A DNA stretch of 64,000 nucleotides from Ornithinimicrobium sp. (GCF_030537745.1 NZ_JAUNVI010000007.1:10267-74266); one strand, 5' to 3'. Shown: positions 10,477-20,983, counted from the stretch's first letter. Made by a program: numbers and translations. Notes: generated by a model not told the origin, from the sequence alone.

Positions 10477-11712
10477 TCAGCCGGCGCGTGCGTCGTTCGG
10501 CGATGGCCTGGCGTCGTCAGCGTCGAGCACGGTCCCGTGCTCGATGGTCGGCAACGGTGAGCGCTGAGGGGTGAGAGAGTCCAGCTCCTCACCCAGGAGC
10601 TCGGCGCTGGTCAGCGGCCGTGGGGTGACGTCGAGGCCAGGCGTCGGGTCGAGGCGGTCCTGGGCGAGGCCGAGCTCTTCCATGCGGCGCGCCGTCACCA
10701 AGACCCTCGACTCGATGCTACCCACCAGCTGGTTGTAAGAATCAACCGAGCGGCGCAGCGCACCGCCCATCGAGCTCAGGTGTCGCCCCACTGTGCCGAG
10801 CCGCTGATGCAGCTCCGAGCCGAGTCGGAGCAGCTCAGCGGCGTTGGTCGAGAGGCTGTCCTGCTGCCAGGTCAACGCGGTGGCCCGGAGCATCGCCAGC
10901 AGAGTGCCGGGAGAGGTCAGCACCACCTTGCGGGACTGCGCATCGTCGTAGAGATCTGGCTCCGCTCGAAGGGCGGCGGCGAGGACGGCGTCACTGGGGA
11001 CGAAGCAGATAACCAGCTCGGGGCAGGCATCAAAGGCGCTCCAGTAGTCCTTGCTCGCCAACCCCTCGACGTGGCCACGCAGTGCCGTTGCGTGTGCGCG
11101 CAACAGCTGGCCAACCTCGTGCGGGGGCAGATCATCACTCTGTGCCCGAAGGAAGGACGTCAGCGGCGCCTTGCTGTCGATGACCAGGCTCTTGCCGCCG
11201 GGGAGGTGGACCACCGCGTCGGGGCGCACTCGGACGTCGTGCCTGCTCACCCCGCTCACCTGCTCGTCGAAGTCACAGTGCTCGAGCATGCCGGGATGCT
11301 CGAGCACCCGGCGCAGCTGCACCTCGCCCCAGGTGCCGCGCACGCCGGAGGAGTTGAGGGCGCCGGAGAGCGCGGCCGTCTGGCGGTGCAGGGCCCGGGT
11401 CTGCTCGGCGACGTCAGCGAGCTGGACCCCGACCTCGCCGAACTGCTGCACCCGGTCACGCTCGAGCGTGCGCACCTGTTCCTCGACCCGGCGCAGGGTC
11501 TGGCCTAGCGGTGCTAGCTGCTGGGCCGCTTGCCGGTCCTCGTCCACAGTGTCGAGGAGGGCCTGCACCTGTTGCTCCAGCCCGTCTCGCTGCGCTTCTG
11601 ACCGGGCTAGGTCGGCGGCCGCCGCCGAGCGCGCGAGCACCCAGCCCAGCGAGATCCCACCGAGGGTCGTGATCAGTGCGAGGGCTGCCGCCTGCCACCA
11701 AAGAAGCTCCAT
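10477..11712 (-). CDS. rmuC: DNA recombination protein RmuC
   Basis: N-terminal TM and coiled coil, RGTWGEVQL, RPDAVVHLPGG, IDSKAP, FVPSD. Confidence 0.93.
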   Translation of the reverse strand: MELLWWQAAALALITTLGGISLGWVLARSAAAADLARSEAQRDGLEQQVQALLDTVDEDRQAAQQLAPLGQTLRRVEEQVRTLERDRVQQFGEVGVQLADVAEQTRALHRQTAALSGALNSSGVRGTWGEVQLRRVLEHPGMLEHCDFDEQVSGVSRHDVRVRPDAVVHLPGGKSLVIDSKAPLTSFLRAQSDDLPPHEVGQLLRAHATALRGHVEGLASKDYWSAFDACPELVICFVPSDAVLAAALRAEPDLYDDAQSRKVVLTSPGTLLAMLRATALTWQQDSLSTNAAELLRLGSELHQRLGTVGRHLSSMGGALRRSVDSYNQLVGSIESRVLVTARRMEELGLAQDRLDPTPGLDVTPRPLTSAELLGEELDSLTPQRSPLPTIEHGTVLDADDARPSPNDARAG

Positions 11713-11834
11713 CACCGCAGCGTGCCAGCACACTCTGACACACCCTGGGGCACCCTCCTGCGCTGCTCGTGCTCGATCCCGTGCACCATCATGCCGCCCA
11801 AGCGATTGCACGCGGCGGGAGGCGGGCGGCCCAA

Positions 11835-11872
11835 CCAGACCGGACGGGCGGTGTGGCCAGACCGGACGGGCG
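11835..11872. repeat. 16-bp direct repeat CCAGACCGGACGGGCG, 2 copies
   Basis: Identical copies at 11835-11850 and 11857-11872 in the rmuC-ychF divergent spacer. Confidence 0.8.
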
Positions 11873-11944
11873 ATGGTGTCCGCAGGAGAGTGACCTGCGC
11901 CCGAGGCGAGAAGCACTCCATACCGCCATTAGACTGTTGACCTC

Positions 11945-13030
11945 GTGGCACTCACCATCGGAATCGTCGGTCTCCCCAATGTCGGCAAGTCGACTCTTTT
12001 CAACGCGCTGACCAAGAACTCTGTGCTCGCTGCGAACTATCCGTTCGCGACGATCGAGCCCAACATCGGCGTGGTCCCGCTGCGCGACGTGCGCCTAGGT
12101 CGGCTGGCGGAGATCTTCGGCAGCACCAAGATCCTGCCCGCGACCGTGAGCTTCGTGGACATCGCCGGGATCGTGCGCGGCGCCAGCGAGGGGGAGGGGC
12201 TGGGCAACAAGTTCCTCGCCACCATCCGTGAGGCGGACGCGATCTGCCAGGTGGTGCGATCCTTCCGCGACGACGACGTGATCCACGTCGAGGGGAAGGT
12301 CAGCCCGCACGACGATATCGAGACCGTTAACACCGAGCTGGTGCTCGCAGATCTGCAGACGCTGGAGAACGCGGTGCCGCGGATGGAGAAGGACCTCAAG
12401 GCCAAGAAGATCGACAAGGCGCTGCTGGACACCGCTCTGGCTGCCCAAGCAGTGCTGGAGGCGGGGGACACCTTGTATGCAGCGGGCGCGGCAGCGGGTG
12501 TGGACCCGACCCTGGTCAAGAATCTCGGACTCCTGACGACAAAGCCCTTCCTCTACGTCTTCAACCTCGACGAGGATGGGCTGACTGACGTGGCGCTGCA
12601 CGAGGAGCTAGCGGCATTGGTCGCACCGGCCGAGGCGATCTATCTCAACGCAAAGCTCGAGTCCGACCTGGCCGACCTCGACGAGGAAGAGGCACGTGAG
12701 CTGCTGGAGTCGGTCGGCGTCGACGAGCCCGGCCTGGATCAGCTGGCCCGGATCGGCTTCCACACGCTCGGCCTGCAGACCTACCTGACGGCTGGCCCCA
12801 AGGAGTCCCGTGCCTGGACGATCCGCAAGGGGTGGACCGCACCACAGGCGGCCGGGGTGATCCATACCGACTTCGAGCGCGGCTTCATCAAGGCCGAGGT
12901 TGTCTCCTTCGCCGACCTGGACGGGCTCGGATCGATGGCCGAGGCTAAGGCCGCCGGCAAGGTGCGGATCGAGGGCAAGGAGTACGTCATGGCCGACGGG
13001 GACGTGGTGGAGTTTCGATTTAACGTCTAG
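11945..13030 (+). CDS. ychF: redox-regulated ATPase YchF
   Basis: GIVGLPNVGKSTLFNALT, NYPFATIEPN, DIAG, TGS domain ending DGDVVEFRFNV. Confidence 0.98.
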   Translation: MALTIGIVGLPNVGKSTLFNALTKNSVLAANYPFATIEPNIGVVPLRDVRLGRLAEIFGSTKILPATVSFVDIAGIVRGASEGEGLGNKFLATIREADAICQVVRSFRDDDVIHVEGKVSPHDDIETVNTELVLADLQTLENAVPRMEKDLKAKKIDKALLDTALAAQAVLEAGDTLYAAGAAAGVDPTLVKNLGLLTTKPFLYVFNLDEDGLTDVALHEELAALVAPAEAIYLNAKLESDLADLDEEEARELLESVGVDEPGLDQLARIGFHTLGLQTYLTAGPKESRAWTIRKGWTAPQAAGVIHTDFERGFIKAEVVSFADLDGLGSMAEAKAAGKVRIEGKEYVMADGDVVEFRFNV

Positions 13031-13055
13031 CGTTAATGATGCGCTCCGTTACACT
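13020..13055 (+). promoter_or_regulatory. probable former higBA promoter/operator
   Basis: Inverted repeat TTAACG-tctag-CGTTAA (13020-13036); -10 TACACT (13050-13055) 6 nt before GTG 13062. Confidence 0.5.
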
Positions 13056-13061
13056 CGCCTC

Positions 13062-13198
13062 GTGATCAGATCGTTCGGCAGCTCGGAAGCTCGGGCTGAT
13101 TCATGCGGCGATGAGTGTCGAGGATCTCCGGATCCCTCCGGGGAACCGCATGGAGCGAGTCATCGGTGATCGCCGCGGACAGCACAGCATCCGAGTGA
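13062..13198 (+). pseudogene. higB: HigB (RelE/ParE family) toxin remnant, internally deleted and frameshifted
   Basis: VIRSFGS in one frame, then RKLGLIHAAMSVEDLRIPPGNRMERVIGDRRGQHSIRV in another (DLRIPPGN..E...GDR.GQHSIR is typical of HigB); C-terminus missing. Confidence 0.8.
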
Positions 13199-13357
13199 AA
13201 GCGGGGCATCCCCGCTGATACGGCGATCCGCTTGGCGCGATACTTCGGGACGTCCGAGGAACTCTGGATGAACCTGCAGTCGAACTACGAGCTGCGGCTC
13301 GAGCGCCGGGTGCTGCGTGACACGGTTGCCGCGATCACTCCGTTACAGGTCGCGTGA
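13199..13357 (+). pseudogene. higA: HigA antitoxin C-terminal remnant
   Basis: KRGIPADTAIRLARYFGTSEELWMNLQSNYEL..., the C-terminal half of HigA/VapI antitoxins; no start codon or N-terminal half. Confidence 0.85.
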
Positions 13358-13691
13358 ATGCCCGAGAGGTCGGGGAGGGCGAACTCCTGGTAGCGTTCGC
13401 CGACGTGATCGTCGGTTGGCCCAACCCCTCGACCGCACACATCGGTCTGTTGATGACAGATGGCGCGCGAGTGGGGCGAGGCCTCGGACGCGCGTTGCAC
13501 ACGGCCGTGGTGGAGAAACTCATCGCTGTCGACGACACTGTTCCGGATTCGGACACCGTCGCGTTCGTATGCACGATCGCCAACGGCGCTGCTTCACCAG
13601 CGGCGACGTAACCCATCTTTATCCAGAAGGGTTCCGCCAAAAATAGGTACCTACCGTACAACCGGGCAGTAACGGGCCCACGCAAGTTCTC
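13354..13691 (+). pseudogene. GNAT acetyltransferase remnant, rearranged
   Basis: + strand: VAFADVIVGWPNPSTAHIGLLM..GRGLGRALH. The expected continuation (LAIVHTNATV, AEPFWIKMGY...GEAAP) is on the - strand at 13554-13637. Confidence 0.7.
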
Positions 13692-13778
13692 CTGGGATCG
13701 GTGGCGGGAAGTCCTCATTTAGGCAATCGTCTGGAGTAAGTTAAATCCAAGCCCCTGATGCAGAAAGACTCGAAGGCT

Positions 13779-14138
13779 ATGCACCACCCCACCCGAGCAA
13801 TCCTTGCCACCGTAGCTATCGCCGCATTCACACTTCCGTTGACCGCCTGCGACAGGTGGAGTTCCAAGTGCGACACGAAGAGCACGTGCTCAATCACGAT
13901 CCAAGGCGATCAATTCCACAACTTCCCACGGCCCTATGACAGCGACCACGGATTGCGCTCGGTGGACCGTATCCGCCTAGTGTCGGCAGTGACGAACGGC
14001 GAGGCGCACTTCCAGGCCGGCGGGGTAGAACCAACCTGCACCCAAGGCAGTAGCTTCACGATCGTCGACACGACGATCACCTGTGACGTAGTAGGAGATG
14101 ACCGGGTCGAACTGACGACAGTTCGCCAGGATAGATAG
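13779..14138 (+). CDS. hypothetical small lipoprotein, Cys-rich, predicted beta-rich
   Basis: Signal peptide with lipobox LTAC, four more Cys, GAAGG before ATG. Confidence 0.65.
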   Translation: MHHPTRAILATVAIAAFTLPLTACDRWSSKCDTKSTCSITIQGDQFHNFPRPYDSDHGLRSVDRIRLVSAVTNGEAHFQAGGVEPTCTQGSSFTIVDTTITCDVVGDDRVELTTVRQDR

Positions 14139-14189
14139 CTACCCTGTGGCTCAGCCTCTTGCAGGAAGTTCTTCGCTTCCACGGGGAGC

Positions 14190-14377
14190 GAACTCCGGCT
14201 TCGAATCCCATGGAGTCGTACATGCCAGCGAACTCGAAGGCTGCTCTGCCATCGTTAGACGGGCAGTCTCTGGCGAAGTCGTGCATCGCGGCGACGCCTT
14301 TCATCACGATCGAAAGCGTCGAACTGCGTCCAGAGTTCGGCCACGGCCGGCTCCCATTGATCGATTGTTGCCGTCAT
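14190..14377 (-). pseudogene. tetratricopeptide repeat protein (TPR_5-like) remnant, frameshifted and truncated
   Basis: AAGGAG RBS + MTATIDQWEPAVAELWTQFDAFDRDE, then a frame change to GVAAMHDFARDCPSNDGRAAFEFAGMYDSMGFEA. Left boundary approximate. Confidence 0.6.
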
Positions 14378-14507
14378 GGCACTCCTTATACCGGGTGGCC
14401 AAGCCTCCTCGAACAGCGTTGAAGCGTGTGAGTTGTGCGTCGCCGTCGCAGGACAGCAAACCGACTCGCGCTGGGCCTCCTGCCCGCACGTGACCTAGGG
14501 TTCATCC

Positions 14508-15161
14508 ATGACGAATCTTCAGGGTGCGGTTGTTTTGGTCGTTGGCGCGACCGGCGGGCTCGGCTCGCGCATCGCCGCTCTGCTGGAGCAGAACGGCGCC
14601 ATCGTTGCCCGATCGTCCAAGTCTGCTGGGCACGATCTGCGCGCCCCCTCTGTGATTGCGGAGGTGCTTGATGCCACGAAGGCGGAGCACGGACGTCTTG
14701 ACGGCCTCGTGGTCGCGTCGGGGGTGGTCGCCTTCGGCGCCGCATCAGATCTTGCCCCCGTCACGGTCGACGAACTCTTCGCGGTGAACGCGACCAGCGC
14801 GATCCAACTCATCGCCCAGAGCGAGCCCTACCTCGCGGCCTCGGCGGTTGCTGGCCGAGAGCCCTTTGTCGTCACTCTGAGCGGCGTGGTCGCTGAGACA
14901 CCCGTCGCCGGTCTGGCAGCCTATTCCGCGTCGAAAGCGGCGCTCGCCGCCTTCGTTGTCGCAGCGGCGCGCGAGTATCGACGCAACGGCATCCGCATCG
15001 TGGATGCTCGCCCAGGCCACACTGCCACCTCGCTGTCAGAGCATCCGATCGCCGGCTCAGCGCCGCGATTCGCAGCGGCGCTGGACCCAGACGTCGTGGC
15101 AGCGCGGATCATCACCGCGATCGTCGATGGGGAGAAGGATCTGCCCAGCACCGCCTTCTAG
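14508..15161 (+). CDS. short-chain dehydrogenase/reductase (SDR)
   Basis: GATGGLG Rossmann motif, YSASK catalytic motif. Confidence 0.9.
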   Translation: MTNLQGAVVLVVGATGGLGSRIAALLEQNGAIVARSSKSAGHDLRAPSVIAEVLDATKAEHGRLDGLVVASGVVAFGAASDLAPVTVDELFAVNATSAIQLIAQSEPYLAASAVAGREPFVVTLSGVVAETPVAGLAAYSASKAALAAFVVAAAREYRRNGIRIVDARPGHTATSLSEHPIAGSAPRFAAALDPDVVAARIITAIVDGEKDLPSTAF

Positions 15162-15182
15162 GCGAGGCCGAGGTGCCGAGAC

Positions 15183-15518
15183 TCACCACCCGAGGGCATG
15201 CAGGCCCGCCTCGGTCATCCTCCCCTCCGCCATGAGCCGCTCCGCGATGACGACGTTGCGAGCCGAAGACGTGCCGCCTTGGCGCCGCGGGGTGAACTTC
15301 TGAAGATACGAGGTGCGGTCGTACGCACGACGAGTGCTCTCGCTCCACCCGTACGCGATGCCGGCCTCAAGGAGGTCGTGAAAAGCCACGGATGGGCGGT
15401 CACTGGAGGCCTTCTCAAGGCGTACCCACGTCCCCGGATGGCGAGCATGGTGCTGCGCGATCCACTCCCACAATTCCGGTACGGTCGCGAAGGCGATCAC
15501 GTCGAATTCGTCTGACAT
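15183..15518 (-). CDS. YdeI/OmpD-associated family protein, N-terminal domain only
   Basis: F....W.W...HH...G.WV...K, AYGWSES, YLQKFTPRR, RN...AERL..EGRMTEAGL; stops at 111 aa. Confidence 0.7.
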   Translation of the reverse strand: MSDEFDVIAFATVPELWEWIAQHHARHPGTWVRLEKASSDRPSVAFHDLLEAGIAYGWSESTRRAYDRTSYLQKFTPRRQGGTSSARNVVIAERLMAEGRMTEAGLHALGW

Positions 15519-15577
15519 GACGTCATCATGTCTGGAGACACCGACACCAGTTCCGCGGCTCTGGTTAGGGTTGTCTC

Positions 15578-16195
15578 GTGGCGACTGATGAAGTCCGGGA
15601 CGCGTACGGCGCACGAGCAGAAGACGTTGCAGGGCTGCTCGGCACCGAGGTGTCTGCCACAGACCCTGACCGCGCCGTCATCGAGCCGTGGGCCGACACG
15701 GTCAAAGGCCGGATCTTGGACGTGGGCTCGGGCACCGGCCGCTGGGCCGGCCACCTGGCGAGTCTGGGCCACGAGGTCGAGGGGCTGGAGCCTGTCGAAC
15801 GGTTCGTCAATATCGCGCGCAAGGCCTACCCGACCGTGGGATTCCGGCTCGGCGCCATCGAGGATCTCACTGACTCAGATGAGCGTTGGGCAGGCATCCT
15901 TGCCTGGTACTCACTCATTCATCTGGGTCCAGACGACCTTCCGCACGCACTGGCAACTCTCCGTTCGTTGCTGAAGGACGACGGCACCATGCTCATGTCC
16001 TTCCTCTCAGGCTCGAGCACCGAGTCGTTTGAGCACCCAGTGGCGACCGCATTTCGATGGCCGTTGCCGGAGATGGCCGCTGCCCTGGACCAAGCGGGAT
16101 TCGTGGTGATTGCCGAACAATGGGACGGACGGACTCCGCACGCCCTCATGCTGGTGCGAGCAGGCCCGCAGCGACCCCTTCGCGCAGGGCGGTGA
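15578..16195 (+). CDS. class I SAM-dependent methyltransferase
   Basis: ILDVGSGTG motif [15 protein letters not shown]. Confidence 0.9.
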   Translation: MATDEVRDAYGARAEDVAGLLGTEVSATDPDRAVIEPWADTVKGRILDVGSGTGRWAGHLASLGHEVEGLEPVERFVNIARKAYPTVGFRLGAIEDLTDSDERWAGILAWYSLIHLGPDDLPHALATLRSLLKDDGTMLMSFLSGSSTESFEHPVATAFRWPLPEMAAALDQAGFVVIAEQWDGRTPHALMLVRAGPQRPLRAGR

Positions 16196-16959
16196 CCTTG
16201 ATAGCCTCCGCTTCCCAGATCGATGGTCCCAGCTCCGACGTCCAGCCCCGTCGGCGGATGATCGCCTGGGCGCCCGGGACTGACACCCTGATCGCGGTGG
16301 GCACGCTCCTTGGGTTCTGGGGTTGCTATTGGGCCGGGGCAGCCATCAACGAGTGGTTCCTTCTAGTCGGTGTCGTGGTCCTGGGCACAGCCATCCCCGC
16401 GCTGACCGTGCTACGGCAACGAGGAGAAGGCCTGAGAGGTCTCGGCATCCGACGCCGGTTCCTTTTCCTGTCGCTCGTCATCTCGGCGGTGCTCGGGGCG
16501 GGATCTGCCTACCAGCTGATCTACCTGGCTGCGGAGCAAGGCGTGCCGGTCGTGCCGCATCTCATGGCGAACCTCGTGGTCTTGTGGGAGCCATTCTTCG
16601 TCTTTGGCTGGTTGTTCCTCCGCTGGGAGCGCGCTTTCGGTTGGCTGCCGGCGATCCTGCTGTCCGGAATCGGCTTTGCGCTGCAGCACGTCGGTTCGGT
16701 GCCGTTAGAGGTTGCGCTCGGCTTCGGCATGTTTGCGGTGCTGTTTGGGATCCTGTTCGCGCTAGTGCGAAACCTCGCGATCCTGTGGCCGCTGTTTTAT
16801 CCCGTCGCGAGTGGCATCGGGACGCTGCAAGCGGGCTTCGTGATGGGCTGGTCGGACGTTGTCTTGGGCCTCGTGCTGCTCGTGGTGCAGGTCGCGGTGC
16901 TCGCAGTGCTGAGTAAGAGCGCCCGCCCGAGGAGTGCCCACCGAGCACGTCAAGACTGA
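16192..16959 (+). CDS. CPBP (Abi/CAAX protease-like) family membrane protein with degenerate motifs
   Basis: Multi-TM with [16 protein letters not shown] (in place of EExxxRG), FALQH. Start uncertain (GTG 16192 overlapping the upstream stop, or ATG 16258). Confidence 0.6.
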   Translation: MTLIASASQIDGPSSDVQPRRRMIAWAPGTDTLIAVGTLLGFWGCYWAGAAINEWFLLVGVVVLGTAIPALTVLRQRGEGLRGLGIRRRFLFLSLVISAVLGAGSAYQLIYLAAEQGVPVVPHLMANLVVLWEPFFVFGWLFLRWERAFGWLPAILLSGIGFALQHVGSVPLEVALGFGMFAVLFGILFALVRNLAILWPLFYPVASGIGTLQAGFVMGWSDVVLGLVLLVVQVAVLAVLSKSARPRSAHRARQD

Positions 16960-18194
16960 GGTCGGTCGACCAGTTCGTCGTCGACGAAGACAGGGCGTGC
17001 GACGCGCAGGCCGATGAGGGCGAGTGCGACGCCGCTGGCCATGAGCAGGGAGAGCACGATCGTCCACCCCCCGGTCGCGCCATAGATCATGCCGACCACC
17101 ATCGGGCCGATGGCCGCCATGATGTAGCCGACCGGCTGCACGAACCCGGACAGTCGAGCAGTCACCTGCGCGTCCCTGGTGCGCGCCGTGATCAGCGCGA
17201 TCGTCGTCGGGAAGGCAAAGCCAGCCAGCCCGAGGAGGACCGCCCACAGCCACGGCAGCGTGGCGGGCGCGAGGAGGAGACCCAGGTAGCCGCTGACGCT
17301 CAGTGCGCCCATGGTCACCAGCCAGGGGCCAAGGTTGTCGGACCGGTCGATCACCGTCGGCATGACCAGCCCGCCGACGATCCCCAAGCTCGTGAGCAGC
17401 GCAACCAGCGCCCCAGCGTGCACTGCGGACAGTCCGGCGTCGCGGTAGATCTGCGGCAGCCAGCCGAACTGCACGTAGGCGTTCATCGACTGGATCCCGA
17501 AGAGCAGCATGAGGGCGACCGCGGTCGGGGAGGCGACCAGTCGTCCGACCTGCGTGGGTCGGGCGCGGGAGAGCCCTCGGCGGGAACGGCGCTCGCCACC
17601 CAGCATCGGCACCCAGGGCAAGAGCGCGATGAGCGCCACCACTCCCCATACCCCCAATGCCGCTCGCCACCCGTAGGACGACGCGTCGCCGATCGGCGCT
17701 GCCAACAGCGAGCCGAGGGCACCGCCCAGGGTCAGCCCCGCGCCATAGAAAGTCATCAGGAGCACACCGCCATCGCGGCTGTGCAGTTTGATCCAGGCGG
17801 GGACGAGGACGTTGCAGACCGCCATCCCGGCGAGCGCCAGCGCAGTGAGGACCAGGAACAGCCCGACTGAACCGGTCAGGACCCGCAAAGAGAGTCCAAG
17901 GATGAGGGCGACGATCGACAGCACGATCCCGGCAGTCAGACCGATACGCCGAGCGAGCCCGACCGCCAACAGGCCGAAGGCCCCGAAGCACAGCCCTGGC
18001 AGTGCGGTGACGACGCCGGCCGTCGCCCCACCCATGCCGAGCGCGGACCGCAGCTCCTCCAGGACCGGGCCGAGGGAAGATGCGCCCGGGCGCAGGTTGA
18101 CCGACAAGATGATGATGGCCAGCACCGCGAGCCACGGAGCGACGACGTGCGAAGGATTCCGAGTGCTACCGGGATCCGACGGGCGAGTGCTCAC
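16950..18194 (-). CDS. MFS transporter, CynX/NimT-like
   Basis: SVNLRP, VCNVLVPAWIK, YVQFGWLPQI, ARLSGFVQPVGY; about 12 TM. Confidence 0.85.
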   Translation of the reverse strand: MSTRPSDPGSTRNPSHVVAPWLAVLAIIILSVNLRPGASSLGPVLEELRSALGMGGATAGVVTALPGLCFGAFGLLAVGLARRIGLTAGIVLSIVALILGLSLRVLTGSVGLFLVLTALALAGMAVCNVLVPAWIKLHSRDGGVLLMTFYGAGLTLGGALGSLLAAPIGDASSYGWRAALGVWGVVALIALLPWVPMLGGERRSRRGLSRARPTQVGRLVASPTAVALMLLFGIQSMNAYVQFGWLPQIYRDAGLSAVHAGALVALLTSLGIVGGLVMPTVIDRSDNLGPWLVTMGALSVSGYLGLLLAPATLPWLWAVLLGLAGFAFPTTIALITARTRDAQVTARLSGFVQPVGYIMAAIGPMVVGMIYGATGGWTIVLSLLMASGVALALIGLRVARPVFVDDELVDRPQS

Positions 18195-18243
18195 CCAGGA
18201 GGTTTATCACGCTTGCTAGCATCGTGGCGAACCCCCCAGGTTT

Positions 18244-18284
18244 CCGGACGAGGGTGGTCGTACCCGGCGAGCGACAAGACGACC
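18244..18284 (+). promoter_or_regulatory. guanidine-III (ykkC-III) riboswitch
   Basis: CCGGACGAGG-GTGGTC-GTACCCGG-CGAGC-GACAAGAC-GACC matches the ykkC-III consensus; P1 CCGG/CCGG and pseudoknot GGTCGT/ACGACC; lies 16 nt before an SMR gene, with TGn-TAGCAT -10 at 18214-18222. Confidence 0.9.
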
Positions 18285-18300
18285 TCGGAAGGGGTATGTC

Positions 18301-18615
18301 ATGTCCTGGCTGATCCTGGTGGTCTCCGCGCTCTTCGAGGCGGTCTGGGCGACCGCGCTCTCACGGCTCACCTCCTGGACCGACTTCGGTGCTATCGCTC
18401 TGCTCGTCGGCGGTATGACCGTCTCGCTCGCCGGGCTCGCCTGGGCGATGCGCGAGATCCCGGTGGGGACCGCGTATGCCGTGTGGGTCGGGATCGGGGC
18501 GGCCACCACCGCAGGTTATGCCTGGCACAGTGGGGCGCAACCGTTCAGCATCGTCCAGGCTTTCCTCATCCTGGGCATCGTCGCCTGCGTGATCGGGCTG
18601 CGCCTCACCCAGTGA
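18301..18615 (+). CDS. gdx: SMR family exporter, Gdx/SugE type (guanidinium exporter)
   Basis: MSWLIL....FEAVWA, IPVGTAYAVWVGIGA; four TM; preceded by the guanidine riboswitch. Confidence 0.85.
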   Translation: MSWLILVVSALFEAVWATALSRLTSWTDFGAIALLVGGMTVSLAGLAWAMREIPVGTAYAVWVGIGAATTAGYAWHSGAQPFSIVQAFLILGIVACVIGLRLTQ

Positions 18616-18643
18616 GTGGGAGCCCGATCATGCAGACGGCTGG

Positions 18644-20923
<2,280 letters not shown>

Positions 20924-20983
20924 TTAGGATGATCCCGACGGATCCTTTGCGCGACCTGCGCAGACGATTGGCTGCTGGGAGGC

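Noticed and set aside
11712-11951. Minus-strand ORF whose TGA overlaps the rmuC ATG, a possible leader peptide
   Set aside because: No RBS or sensing codon pattern; low-complexity translation; the overlap is plausible by chance.
13335-13718. 127-aa minus-strand ORF as a genuine new gene
   Set aside because: It is made of permuted GNAT fragments plus the antisense of the + strand GNAT piece, so it is treated as a rearranged pseudogene (see finding).
14159-14422. 87-aa + strand ORF
   Set aside because: TTG start with no RBS; mostly antisense to the TPR remnant.
14508-15161. SDR looks short between the Rossmann motif and the D-L motif, a possible internal deletion
   Set aside because: Reading frame and catalytic motifs are intact; I cannot tell it from a naturally compact SDR without an alignment.
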